From assembly GCF_009914755.1 (NCBI RefSeq), contig NC_060926.1: DNA of 64,000 bases; one strand, 5' to 3'. How positions within the stretch are numbered: position 1 is the stretch's first letter; each line of letters starts with the position of its first letter. The notes beneath the pieces were generated by a model. The model was given only the letters and a program-made list of their open reading frames with translations. It searched no databases and was not told the origin of the DNA. This DNA is from the human T2T-CHM13v2.0 reference genome, Homo sapiens. The translations under genes were made by a program, and so were the position numbers. Positions 1 to 13,060 of the stretch are shown piece by piece.

Positions 1-124
1 TTATTGTGGTGGATACATGACAATAATGTATTTATAAAACTTTACATTTAAAAAGCAAATGATACTGCATGAAAATTATACTTGGAAGATAATATAATCT
101 TGCATATAAAAAGTATACACTTTT

Positions 125-406
125 GGCCAGGTGCAGTGGCTCATGCCTGTAATCCCAACACTTTGGGAGGCCAAGGCAGGCAGATCACCTGAGGTCAGGA
201 GTTTGAGACCAGCCTGACGAACATGGTGAAACCCCATCACTACTAAAAATACAAAATTAGCCGGGAGTGGTGGTGCATGCCTATAGTCCCAGCTACTTAG
301 GAGGCTGAGGCAGCAGAATCGCTTGAAGCCAGGAGGCAGAGGTTGCAGTGAGCTAAGATCGCACCATTGCACTCCAGCCTAGTCAACAAGAGCAAAACTC
401 CATCTC
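125..406 (+). mobile_element. Alu (AluS-type), A-tail replaced by microsatellite
   Basis: GGCCAGGTGCAGTGGCTCATGCCTGTAATCCC start, central TACTAAAAATACAAAATTAG linker, ends AAACTCCATCTC. Confidence 0.95.
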
Positions 407-435
407 TCTCTCTCTAGCTCTCTCTCTCTCTCTCT

Positions 436-502
<67 letters not shown>
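403..502. repeat. Compound (TC)n(TA)n microsatellite
   Basis: (TC)n 403-470 with two TAGC interruptions 20 bp apart, then (TA)n 471-502. Confidence 0.97.
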
Positions 503-503
<1 letters not shown>

Positions 504-1555
504 CTTCATCAAAATTAAAAACTTTTGGGGTGCAAATGACACCATCCAGAATTTGAAAAGACACCACAAAATGAGAGAAAATATTTACAAAGTATTTATC
601 TGATAATGGACTCTATCTTGAATACATAAAGAATGCTTACAACTCAATGGTAGTAAGATAAACAACCAAATTAAAAATTGAAAGATTATATGACATAAAC
701 ATTTCTCTAAGAATACACAAATAGATAATAATCTCATAAAAAGATGATTATCATCACTAGACATTAGGAAAATGGAAACAAAAACCACAATGAGATAATA
801 CTTTATAACCACTAGGATGGTTACATTAAAATAAAACAAAACAAGACAGAAAATAACATATGTTGTTGAGAATTTGAAGAAATTGAACCCTTATACATTG
901 CTGGTCAGAATGTAAAATGGTACAGCCGCTACTTTCAAAAACAGTTTGGCAATTCCTCAAAATGCTAAACATAGAGTTTCCATATGACTCAGCAGTTCTA
1001 CTCTTGGTTATTTACCCAAGTAAATGGAAATATATGTACACACAGAGACTTGTACATGAATATTCATAAAGCATTATTCATATTATCCCAAAAGTGGAAA
1101 CAACCCAAATGTCCATCAACTGATAAATGAATAAATAAAATGCAGCATATTCATCCAATGAGATATTATTCAACAATAAAAAAGAATAAAATACTGACAC
1201 AGGCTATGACATGGATAAACCATGAAAATATATGCTAAGTTAAAGTAGCAAGTCACAAAAGGCCATATATTGTATGATTCTATTCAGATGAAAGAGTTAG
1301 AGTAGGCATAGAGATAGAAAGCAGATTAATGCTTGTCAGGAACTAGTGGAGGGGAGAGTAATAAGAAGTGACTGCTAATGGGCAAAGAGTTTCTTTTTGG
1401 AGTGATGAAAATATCCTAACATTAGACTGTGATGATGATTGCACACATCTATGAATAAACTAAATGATGAATTGTATGGTCTGTAAATTATATAACAATA
1501 AAGCTGGTAAACTAATTACACCTCAATAAACCTGTCTCAAAAAAAAGAAAAAAAA
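503..1555 (+). mobile_element. Old L1 (L1MB/L1MC-like) ORF2 3' end and 3' UTR
   Basis: L1 motifs CATCAAAATTAAAAACTTTTG, CAAAAGTGGAAACAACCCAAATGTCCATCAACTGATAAATG; ends AATAAA plus A-rich tail. Confidence 0.85.
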
Positions 1556-1559
1556 TTGT

Positions 1560-2320
1560 AAACGTGCGTACAGTCCAAAGAAAAGAGGACAAAACAAATA
1601 AGCAGAAAATTTATTTAAAAAGGATATCAATTGGCAATAAAAATAAAAAAGGATGTTCAATTTATCAATTCTCAAAATAATGCAAATTTTTAAAATGAGA
1701 TATATTTTTCCCCATAAGATTTACAAAAATTAAAGATGGCCAATACCTAGTGTTGATGAAATTACAATTAAATAATATTCCCCTACTTGTGATTTATAAA
1801 TGTTCAACTGAGACCAATTTTCTAGAGTAAAGTTTGACAATATGCATCAAAATGAGTAATATGCACAACTTATCTAATTTTAAGGCACATGGAACAGAGG
1901 TTTTATATTCAGACATTCAAAAAGTGTTATAGCAGAGCACGGAATGGAAGTGACCTGCCACAGAATTCCAGAGGGACTCTGCTGAGCCAGGCATTGACCT
2001 TTAGCTCGAGGCTGGGATAGTTTGAGGGGTCCTGGGAAAGAGTCTTGGGTAGCCAAGGAAGCTGAGACCTGAGGCATTTAGTGGTCCCTACTAACCAGTA
2101 CAAAGTGGTCAATTGTGGACAATTCTGTGTAACGTTTCTACAATAATTTCCCTGGCCTTACTGTGCATACTGATGAAAAGCTGCTCCTATAAAAATACAA
2201 GAGCTGAAAATGCATGCAGTGGACTTGACCACAGTGGGTTTGTAAAACCAGAAAACTAAATGCTCATCTAAATGCTCATCATGGTTAAGAAAATCATGGT
2301 ATATCCATAAAATAGTCTAT
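1560..2320 (+). mobile_element. Highly diverged L1ME-like fragments, interrupted at about 1935-2245
   Basis: Degenerate L1M 3' motifs AAATGAGATATATTTTTCCC, CAATACCTAGTGTTGATGA, AAATCATGGTATATCCATA. Confidence 0.5.
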
Positions 2321-2779
2321 GGGCATTACATCACTCATTGGGATGGCCATCACCAGTGGATGACCAGAGAGTGATCTCTAAAGACCCCAGGGAAGAGGCC
2401 TCTTATGCCAGGGTCAATGGAGGAAAAAGCTGGAAGTACAGAGATAAACACAACGCTATTGCCACCTCTTTCCACCAAATATCACTGAGAACTTTTTTTC
2501 TGGAATACTTTCCCTACATTTCTAATTTATATCCCTGTACTGCCACACGTGCTCTTCTCTCTACTTGTAGCCACCTTTTCTCCTCCTTGAAGCAGATCAG
2601 CTGGGCAGCTCCAGCTTTGAAGGCATGCTAACTGAGCCCAAGCCCTTTCTATCATGTAACTAGTATCCCAGTGTTGTGGGAAAGGGAAGGGGGAGGAGTG
2701 AGTTTTGTGTAAATATTAAGCAATAATAAAATATGATACATTCAGAAAATTAAAAAAAAAACAATTCACAAAAGTGCAA

Positions 2780-3040
2780 TATAAGAGAGGGTTATGGGGG
2801 AGGGATATTTAGAGCAAAGATGGTCAGAGGAGAACTATCTGAGGAACTGACATTTATACTTGGGTCATGATGATAAGAGAGCAAGATGTGAAGTTCCAGA
2901 GCAAAGAGTCCCTGCAGAAGGAATAATAACTGCACAAAGTTGCAGAGATGGGGAAGTGCTTGGTGCGGTCAAGCAGCAGAATAAAAGCCAGGGCAGCAGA
3001 AGTGCAATGAGCCAGGGAGAACTGGCAGGAGAGACAGTGA
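2780..3040 (-). mobile_element. L2 fragment
   Basis: Antisense L2 motifs GGTCAGAGGAGAACTATCTGAGGAACTGACATTT and GAAGGAATAATAACTGCACAAAG. Confidence 0.55.
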
Positions 3041-3049
3041 TTATGATTA

Positions 3050-3450
3050 TGGATTGGAAAAAATATAGTGTTTAAATGTTTATACTACTCAAAGCAATAT
3101 ATGGGTTTGATGCAATCTCTATCAAAATTCCAATGTCATTCTTCAGAGAAATATTTTTTTTTAAAAATTAAATATTATTTTTAAAAAACCTAAAATTTGT
3201 ATGGAGCCAAAAAAGACCCCATGTAGCCAACACAACCTTGAGAAAGAAAAACAAAGTTGGAAGCATCTTTCTTTCTGATCTCAACTTATATTAAAAAGCT
3301 ATGGTAATCAAAACAGAATGGTACTGAAATCAAAACTGACACAAAGAACAATGGGACAAAATAGAGAGCCCAGAAATAAACCCAAGCACATATGATCAAC
3401 TGATTTTTGACAAGAGCATCAAGAAGACACAATGGGGAAAATAATCTCTT
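3050..3450 (+). mobile_element. L1M ORF2 internal fragment inserted in L2
   Basis: GCAATCTCTATCAAAATTCCAATG, ATAGAGAGCCCAGAAATAAACCCA, TGATTTTTGACAAG are L1 ORF2 motifs; same L1 region as 43420-43810. Confidence 0.8.
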
Positions 3451-4055
3451 CAGATTTACTTTTAGAAAAGATTACTGGGCTGCTGGTTAGTGAATTTACT
3501 GTAGGGAGGGGTGGGGCAGAGTGGAAGCAAGGAGAACAGTTAAGTGTCACTACAGCAACACAGGTGAAAGAGAATGCTGATGTGCATGAGGAGGGTAGCT
3601 GCAGATATTAGGTCATGAGAAAGGTTGAGATTTGGGTATATATTATAAATGATACTGGATTGCTGATGAATTAGATAAAAAGGTGAAAGGAAGAGAAAAA
3701 TGAAGGCTTTCTCTTAGACATTTGGCTTGAACAACTGAGTGAATATTGATGGCTCTCAATATTGACCTGCTTCCTAAGGAGGAAACAGATTAGGGAATTT
3801 GAGAGAATCCAGTAATTATTTTTGGAAACATTAAATTTGGGATACCTATTAATTTTCTAAGTGGAGATGTTCACAAGGCTGTTTGGTAAGTGTGTCTGGA
3901 ACTCATGGGGGCGGGATAAGAATTGTTTATACAAATGTTAGTGTCATCAGCAGAGAGGTAGTAAAAGTCAGGGGACTAGCTAAGATTGCTTATAGAATGT
4001 GGCTAGAAGAGAGATGAGGTTCTCTAATACCAGGAGGAGAATCCAGCAAAGTAGG
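3450..4055 (-). mobile_element. L2 fragment
   Basis: Antisense L2 motifs TTTTAGAAAAGATTACTGGGCTGCTG, TGGCTTGAACAACTGAGTGAAT, AAGTGGAGATGTTCA. Confidence 0.6.
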
Positions 4056-4060
4056 TAGAC

Positions 4061-4284
4061 CAGGCTTTGGGAAACTTTTTCTATAAAAGGCCAGGCAAAA
4101 GATATTTTCAGCTCTAAAGGCCACACTGTCTCTCCTGCTGCTACTCAACTCAGCCATTATATCATGAAAGCATATATGGGTAATCTATAAACAAATGGAC
4201 ATGGCTGTGTTCCAAGAAAAAAACTTATTTACAAAAGCAGCTGCGAGCAGGGTTTGGCCAGCAACTGTGGCTTGCTGCCTCCTG
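4061..4284 (-). mobile_element. MER58A-like hAT-Charlie MITE
   Basis: CAGG...CCTG termini; GAAACTTTTTCTATAAAAGGCCAG, CTACTCAACTCAGCC, GGCTGTGTTCCAA; about 224 bp. Confidence 0.75.
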
Positions 4285-4752
4285 GACAAGGCTGAAAAAT
4301 AGTAGTGAGGGCAGTTGAAAGAAAACAAATAGGTCATGGTGTCATGGAAACCTGGAGACGGTGCTATCAGATTGAAAGAATAGTTGACCAGGTCACATTG
4401 AGTAAAATGAAGCCTGAGAGCGAAAGCTTTCCAGCTTGCACGCATCTGTGTGGTTTACTGAATGCACTATTGTTTTCCATAGGATGCAGGGGCTGGAGGT
4501 CCTTCTATCTGGAGGGTCCTCCACCAAAAATTCCCCTGCATCTGATGAATTTCCTTTCATCCTTTGGGCCTTCAGTATCTAATCCCAGAAGTCTCCTGTG
4601 ATGGACAGAATAACATCCCGCTAAAGATGTCCTTGTCCCAATCCATGGAACCTGTGCATATATCACCTTGCTGATGTGGCTAAAGTAAGGATCTTGTGAG
4701 AGGGAGACTATCTTGAATTATCTGGGCAGGCCTAATATAATCACAAGGGTCC

Positions 4753-5208
4753 TGTTAGAGTTGAATTGTGTCCTCCCAAAATTTTCTGCTGAAATCCAAA
4801 CCCCCAGTTACCTCAGAATGGAATGTTATTTGGAAATAGAGGGATTGCAGATATAATTTGTTAAGATCAGATCATATTGGAGTAGGATGGACCCCTACTT
4901 TAATATGATGGGTATCTGTATAAAAAGGGGAAATTAGCACCCAGACACATACACAAGGAGAACGCCATATGAAGATGAAGGCAGAAAGCATGGTGATGCT
5001 TCTTCAAGCCAAGAGTGCCAAAGATTGCAAGAAAACCACCAGAAGAGAGGAAACAGATTCTCCTTCACAGCCGTCAGAAGAAACCAGTCCCTCCAACACC
5101 TTCATCTCAGGCTTCTGCCTCCAACTGGGAGATGGTAAATTTCTGTTGTACAAACCACTCCATTTGGGGCTTTGTATCTTGTGAAAGTAGACCCAGAAAA
5201 CTAGTGCA
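4753..5208 (+). mobile_element. MLT1B/C-like MaLR LTR nested in MLT1D
   Basis: TGTTAGAGTTGAATTGTGTCCTCCCAAAATT start, GAAGATGAAGGCAGA, AAATTTCTGTTGT, ends GAAAACTAGTGCA. Confidence 0.75.
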
Positions 5209-5371
5209 GATACCAAAATTGAAAGAGAGAAGCAGGAGAGGAAGTGAGAGTCACCCAGTGTGAGAACGACTAAATCTGAACTTTGAAGATGGAGGGAGGG
5301 GCCATAAGCCATGGAATGTGGGTGTCTCTAGAAGCTGGAAAAAGGCAAAGAGAAGAATCATCCCCTTAAAG

Positions 5372-5899
5372 CAGCAGTCACCCACCTTGTCAGCACCAGG
5401 GGCCAGTTTCATGGAAGACAATTTTTTCTATGGACTGGGGGCCAGGGGATGGTTTCAGGATGATTCAAGTGCATTCCATGTATTGCACACTTTATTTCTA
5501 TTATTATTGTGTTGTAATATATAATGAAATAATTATACAACCCACAATAATGTAGAATTAGTGGGAGGCCTAAGCTTGTTTTCCTGAAACTAGATGGTCC
5601 CATCTGGGGGTGATGGGAAACAGTGACAGATCATCAGGCATTAGATTCTCATAAGGAGCTCACAACCTAGATCCCTCGCATGTGCAGTTCACAATAGGAT
5701 TTGTGCTCTTATGACAATCTAATGCCACTGCTGATCTGACAGAAGGAGGAGCTCAGGAGGTAATGTGAGTGATGGGAAGCAGCTGTAAATACAGATGAAG
5801 CTTTGCTTGCTCCCCTGATGCTTACCTCCTTCTATGCTGCCCTGTTTCTAACAGGTCACAGACCAGTACTGGCCATGGACCAGGGGTTGGGGACCCCTG
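5372..5899 (-). mobile_element. MER1A hAT-Charlie element
   Basis: 528 bp, ends GGTTGGGGACCCCTG, internal TAGATTCTCATAAGGAGC; 8-bp TSD CCTTAAAG/CCTTAGAG. Confidence 0.9.
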
Positions 5900-6999
5900 C
5901 CTTAGAGCCTCCAGAAGGGATGCAGCCCTGCTGACACTTGATTTCAGCCCAGGGAGACTCTGACCTACAGCACTACATGATAATAAACGTGTGGTTTTAA
6001 GCCACTAAGTTAGTGGTACTTTGTTACAGTAGCCACAGGAAACAAATACATCTCCCCAGCATCAAATTCTTCATATACTTCATACACTTCCCACCACAAT
6101 GCTAATTCCCATCACTCTCTCAAGAGGGATATGTTGAAGGTAAGTTTAGCTAGTATTCTAATTTCTAACAAACAGTAGGTGGCCAATAAATACATGTAGC
6201 ATAGTGTCTGTGGAATACACATACTTTTGCCATGCTCTTCACTGCTTTTTCTACCTGGCTATAAGCACACTAAAGTTTTAATTTTCTGGCCCTGAAGCTC
6301 ATTTTTTTTACATTTCTTAATCAATTTTATTATGTTATGTTTGCCTCCTTTAAATTGTCCTAGGCCCTTCTGAAATTCAAGAACAAAAGCAAAAGAAGAC
6401 TTTGAAACCCCAGCAAGAAACGGGACCCATTAGGAAAGTGTCTTTAGAAAAGGTTGTAATGTGAAGTCACTTGAGCTAATTTGCTACAAATCACTCCTTA
6501 ATACATTGCAGTGGGCAGCTCTGAATGGGCAATTTCACAGAATGAGATGAGCTAAGCTGATCCTTATCCATCTGCAAATCTATTGAGTCTTATAGGTAAA
6601 ATAACAATAAATTTCCTTGCAGTTTATTGGAAACATCGCAATGATTATAGATCTGTTTATGAAGGCATTTACCCTGTTATTTTAATCTTGGAACTGCAAA
6701 TATAGCTGTATATGTCATTGTGCTAAATATTTCAAGGTATGAATGAGATTCTACAGAACGCAGAGTTAGTTATGGACCTTCCAGGATGCCCTTGCTTTCA
6801 AGCACAGCAGTAGCCTTCCCACTGAGTTAAACTTGTTCTAATCTATCTCTGTAACAAAAGAACTCCTCATTTTGGACAAAAAAGGGTCTGGTGATAGTTA
6901 CATTTATGTCAAATTCAACCAGATAAATCCTCACTTGTAACAACAAAAGCTGAATATCCCCTTTGTGTGGCTGCAACTCAACATTTTTGGAAGTTATCG

Positions 7000-7200
7000 T
7001 GTGCGCTGCACTGTTACACTTTATCTCTTTTAATCCTCCCTACAGTTATATGAGTTATACATCCTCCGTAATTTGTAGATGAGGAAACCAAGGTTAAGAC
7101 TGTCGAAGAGGCTTGTCCAAGGTCATGCAGAAAGGTAATAGCAGAGCTGAAATCTGTACACAAGCCTATGACTTTAGGTTAAATGTTCTTTCCACTGTGC
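7000..7200 (-). mobile_element. MIR
   Basis: GATGAGGAAACCAAGG...CTTGTCCAAGGTCATGCAG...GCAGAGCTG antisense MIR core. Confidence 0.65.
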
Positions 7201-8689
7201 CATTTGCTGCTTATTCAGTGTAAAGCACAGACTCCAAGAGAAATAGGGAATTCACTCTCATACTGAGAAGACGGCAATGTATCAAAAACTTAGGCTTTTG
7301 CTTTTGAGATTTGGAAGGGATGTTTGATACAACCTCCCATCTCTTGGTGGATGAGTTACCTTATGGAGGAGGAAACTAGAACTTGTCATAGATTAGTAAG
7401 TGGGGAGCTGGAACCAGAATCCAGTTTTCTGTTGCGTCACTTTACCTTCTTGGTAGCATACACAGATGAGTCTGCAAAGATATACAGTAAATGCATCCAG
7501 CCAGTACAGAATAGTGAAGAAAACTCAGTACAAAGGTGTGGTTAGAGCTGGCTGGGGTGGATTCAGGAAGGATTCCTGGGAATAGTAGGGTAAGACACAA
7601 CCCAAAGATGGAAAGAAAGCCACAAGAGTAAAGAATGGCATGTAATTAAGATATTATATAAAATTATCACCAAAATATCATGCAGGCTAGAAATGCACAT
7701 TAGCTTGGCTTTAGTACAAGGTAATAACAGAAGAATGGCGGGAGTTGGAATTCATGAAAGAGGAGAAGGCAAATGTCAGCTCCAAATTTAAAACTAACCC
7801 CAAATCCCCTGCTGTACTTATACATTCTTCCCTTGGAGCCCCTTCTTTTTTACACCACTAGCTTCTGGTGCCAATGCAACCCAACATTTTCCACCTATGG
7901 ATTGGGGAGGGGTTAGATATAAAAACTTTTGACCAACTCACTCAAAAATAGTGAACACTTAAAATGACTCCCCATTTGGGCTCATTCTAATTTCAGAGAT
8001 ATAATGAGGGGCAGGAAATGATCTATGCAAATGAATTCACCACTAATGGTGACATGCCCATTGTTATTGAGGTGGTTTCTTGGAGCCTCTCAGGTGACAG
8101 AGAAAACAGTGTCTGTATAATTCATAGTGAATAAAGGGACAGAAGGACATGGAGATCCGCTAGGAGGCACGGGCTCATGCGTAGTTCAATGATTCCTGTA
8201 GTACGCATTGCAGAACCCAGAGCCGGAGGACTGATCTCTAGTCCCAGCTCTGCTACTAACTTACAGGGGTATTATGGATGGAGCACCTCCCCTTTCCATT
8301 TTCTTCCCCACCTAATGAGAATGTAATACATAGCCTTGATGGCCTCTTGCAGCCTAACTATATGATTCTAACACTGTTCCTTCACTCTTCCCTTATTTGT
8401 AGTGTTAAACTAATAATAATACCATGATGATAGCCTCCTTGTAAGAATTAAATAAAATAATCTCTGTATAGGGGGCTTAGATGAGTTTCTAACATACAGT
8501 GAGCACCAATGGATGTTAAATTTGCATCATGCGGGCTTTTCAATGCCCCTGATTTTGTCTATGGGGCATGACTCTCAGGCTCAGTATTTTCAAAGTGCAC
8601 ATCTATTTAAATCAATGTAGAGATGTTGGGTAGAACAAGTCCCTTAAAACAAAGTGATCTTATACAGCACCCAACTCCCATCATGCTAA

Positions 8690-9242
8690 TGTCTTTAGGT
8701 GGCTCTCCATTGCCCAGAGATAAAGTTTATTCTCCTTGGTTGTCTTATGATCTACTGCCTTTCTTCATGAACAATACTATCCAGATACAGTAGCTGACTC
8801 ACAGCTCTTGAAACACACCATGCACTGGTACATACGCATATATTTGTATGAGTCTCCTTCTGCATTGGAGGGATTTTCCAAGCCCATCCCCTCTGTCTAC
8901 TGCAATGTCATTTATCCTTCAAGTCCCAAACTAAAGATCACTTTTTTCCTGAGGCTCTATTACTTTCCTTAGCAAAAAGAAGTTATCCTCTGAACTCACA
9001 AGCCACCTTATTTGCATGCATCTTGGTTGACTTGAATCAATGTGTTGGGCAGGTGCTATTTTCCATGGTCATTTTTGTCACTTGACTTCATAAATATTTA
9101 CTTGCTTATTAATTACTTTTGGCCTCTCTCATGTAAGTTCCCTACGAGCAAGGACTTTGTCTGTTTCATTCTCTGATGTATCCAAATACCTATAGCAATG
9201 CTTGGGTCACAGTAGACACTAAATCAATAAAAGTTGAATAAA
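8690..9242 (+). mobile_element. L2 3' fragments
   Basis: ATGTAAGTTCCCTACGAGCAAGGACTTTGTCTGTTT...CAGTAGACACTAAATCAATAAAAGTTGAAT L2 terminus. Confidence 0.6.
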
Positions 9243-9840
9243 GATACCAGAATGCTCTAATATTTTTAGCTACAAAAAGTCAATTGTACAGAAAACTTAT
9301 GCTTCCTAGCTCCACTTACATCCATTTATTTAACACCAGTCTGAACCTAGATGAAATTCATGGCCTACTTGAATACTTTGCATGTTCAAACGCTGACATT
9401 TCAACCCCTCAGTCACTCCAAATGCCCCAATTCTAACAGAATCATAGATTTTGCCTCCCCTCTGTATTAATAAGTCACAGCATACACTGCTTCTGGGCCC
9501 ACTAAAGTTATCAAAAAATTCGGGTCAGCTGCTCAATATTTTTTTTTCCCAAAGAGATTGCAAAACTAAAGCAGACAGCACCAGCTGGAAACCTCTGAGA
9601 GCATTTCTGCAACCTTTCCAGCTCATTTTTTGAATGGAAGCTGATAGAGATTGACTACCTTATGTGGTAGCAATTCATCATACTTAGAGTCTCTCTTTTG
9701 ACCATAGGTCTTATAAATTCAAGGAGACCAATAGCATAAATATATTATTCATAAACTAGAGTGAATCCCCACTCACCAACATAACCATTTTGACAATAAA
9801 TCATAACCTATAAATGGTTTTTCTTCCTTGTATTTTTCCT

Positions 9841-9873
9841 TATTTGGAGACTTAACGTATTTGGAGACTTAAC
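9841..9873. repeat. 17-bp tandem duplication
   Basis: TATTTGGAGACTTAACG followed by TATTTGGAGACTTAAC. Confidence 0.9.
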
Positions 9874-11713
9874 AAAATACACCTATAAGTAGAACAAAGA
9901 GCAGCAGAGAGAATTCTCCAAGCAAGAGCAGAAACTCATAAAAAGAAAGCTGGATTAAATGGATTAAACATGAGGGAACATAATTGAGCTGAGATGATTT
10001 TTCTTTTCAGAGTTGCCAAACCACTATAGAATATCTTATTGTAACTTTTAGTTGTAACAAAAAATCCAGTTATTCTATGCCACTGAGCGTATAGACATAA
10101 GGTAAATGTCCACTAACTCTCAAACAGTTAGAAAGTAGATCTATTGATTTTAAAAAGTGGCCAAAGAAGTGATATCTAAAGTAGATATCATATATGTAGC
10201 ATAAAGAAACTACTAGTCTTATATTTAGCAGAACTAAAGTCACATTTTTTCAAGTCTCTTTTTATTAGTAGTAATCACGATACTTTTTCTCATGTGTAAA
10301 ATGAGAATCACACTATATTATTCCTGTATCACAAGTTATATAGGAGTTAAATTAATGTGCATCGACATTTTTATAAAGTAAAATACAAATATAATAGATA
10401 ATTAATGTATATTGGTACAATACGGTACCAAATTAATACAGAAAATCTAACTTCATTAGTAACACATTTTGGGAAAGACTAAAAAGAAGCACAGCTAAAT
10501 AAGAACTGAAGCTATAAGATGGACTAGTTCACTGCTAGAGACAAGGGGGAAAATGTGGATGAGCCCGGGATAGAACTAGCTAATTTTCAAGTTTAGTTTA
10601 TTTTTGTAACTGGCTTTGGAATTAAGCAGCTGTCATGCAATCCAGATCACTAACTTCCCCAATACCCAGAGTTCATATGCACATTAGAATATCAAATTTA
10701 AGTAGCTGGACACTCTGTGTGGGGAAAAACTGGTCTACAGCACAGAAATCCACACATTTGAAGACTTCAGCTGTTGGCATCTGGGCTCAGGTGGAATGAA
10801 TGGAACTCAATTTTAAGAATCTTTTAGATTTGTGAGATAATCTTTGTCTTGGTATGTCTTGATAGCACTTCCAAGAAGAATGAAGTAAATACAAATTGGA
10901 AAGCCCTTCTGAATTGTTGTCTAATTTCTGTCAGTTCTATTAAGTAATTCTCTCAGAAAGGATTATGAATCTATGGAAATACAGAATTAAGTAAAGAAAC
11001 TATTAATATGGTTTCCAAAGTACTGAAACAAAGAGTTCAAAACACTGAATTGTAAATACATTACTTGCTATTTTATGAAGTTGGGCAGATATTTTAAAAT
11101 CTCTGGGATTAAGTTTCTTCAGCTGTAAAATGGGTGGGTAAAATTAAAATATGCCTCCAGGTATTGCTTACAGCTGATATGACAGTATATGAAAAGAGAT
11201 TGAATGCTGAAAAACATCATAAACACTACTTATATTAATAGTCATGGTCAGTGTTGATATAAACAAGCAGCAGGGTAGAGAAGGTAGGTTGCATTCAGAA
11301 CACCTGATCGATATTTGGGCACTCTTGCCATATTAACAAGAAACCTGTAACTTAGTCACTTAAAATTCCTTGGCCTGAGATGTATCCTCAGCAAAAGCGG
11401 AAAACAACCCATGCCTGGCTGATTCACAGGACTGCTGGAAAGCTCACATGCTATCATGTTCAATATCATTTCTGAAAGTGCTTTGTTACTATGAGTTTGT
11501 CAGGGTGGTTAATATCCCAATATCTCCCCACAGACACTGCCTTAAGAAGTTGAATTTTCCAGATGTTTTACAGCCAAACATATCCACAGCTTTAAGCGTC
11601 CCTCCATGTATTACATATTCCCTCTTCTTCACTCTGTAGAATTAGTTGAAAGCAAGATAAGCCAGAGGTAGACCAGACAGAACACACAGTGCTGTCTGTG
11701 TCTTAGTCACAGA

Positions 11714-11749
11714 GAACGTAATAATGCGAAGGAACGTAATTATGTGAAG
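11714..11749. repeat. 18-bp imperfect tandem duplication
   Basis: GAACGTAATAATGCGAAG / GAACGTAATTATGTGAAG (2 mismatches). Confidence 0.8.
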
Positions 11750-12166
11750 GAGAGGAGAAGAAGACAGAAAAAAATTTAACAATCTAGGTGCCATGTATCT
11801 TGCACAAGGTCAAAAATGAGTGTTGAAGCCAGGATTCAAGCCCAAATCTGTCTCCACAGAGCCCATGCTTTGGAAAAGATTGCGGGCCACCGCTCTGTAA
11901 TTACCTTATTTTGCAGGTCAGAAAATTGAAGATCAGAGAGAGAAACTGACTTGCCCAAAGTTACATAGCTATGAGTAGCAGAGACTAAAATCCTAACATC
12001 CCTGACCCCAGCCAATGCTCCCTCCTCTGTCCCTCTCTAACTGTGGCTAAAGCCCCATTCCAGGCTGAAGGGCACAGAGCTGATAAGATACTCTTCTTAC
12101 TAGCTGCCTTCCAGCGTTTCACAGTCTAGCAGCCTTCATTTGAAAATGTTTTATGTGTGTACCTAA

Positions 12167-12565
<399 letters not shown>

Positions 12566-12647
12566 TGAGGGCAAAGGTAATGTGACCGAATAACTCCAGT
12601 CTGAGGTAGAATCTAGGTATTTGTTACTTTTTAAAATTACCATAAGT

Positions 12648-13060
12648 GGCCAGGAGTGGTGGCTTATGCCTGTAACGCCAACACTCTGAGAGGCCTAGGC
12701 AGGAAGATCACTTAAGCCCAGGAGTTCCAGACCAGCCTGGGCAACATAGTAAAATCCTATCTTTAAAAAACATTAAAAAATTAGCCAGGCATGGTGGCAG
12801 ACACCTACAGTCCCAGCCACTCGGGAGGCCGAGGTGGGAGGACTGCTTGAGGCCAGGAATTTGAGATCATACTGGGCAATACAGCAAGACCATGTCTCTA
12901 CAAAAGATACATTACCTGGGTGTGGTGGCATGTGCCCGTAGTCACAGTTAGGAGGCTGAGGCAGGAGGATCACTTGAGCCTGAAAGGTCAAGGCAGTGAT
13001 CATGCCACTGCACTCCAGCCTGGGCAAAAGAGCAAGGCATTGTTAAAAAAATAAATAAAT
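12648..13060 (+). mobile_element. Trimeric AluJ-type element
   Basis: Three consecutive monomers at about 12648-12780, 12781-12911 and 12912-13060; J-type GGAGGATCACTTGAGCC. Confidence 0.85.

Larger units (their letters stand above)
4597..6050 (+). mobile_element. MLT1D-like MaLR solo LTR hosting two nested insertions
   Basis: TG...CA termini (TGTGATGGACAGAATAA / GGAAACAAATACA), 5-bp TSD TCTCC at 4592-4596 and 6051-6055. Confidence 0.85.

Noticed and set aside
76-372. ORFs with Alu-type peptides (also 12185-12568, 14624-14824, 20203-20475, 23792-24061, 31603-31836, 52811-53074)
   Set aside because: They lie within Alu elements and give the familiar Alu translation (e.g. [11 protein letters not shown]); not genes.
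2678-2700. G-rich tract as a G-quadruplex
   Set aside because: Only three runs of three or more G.
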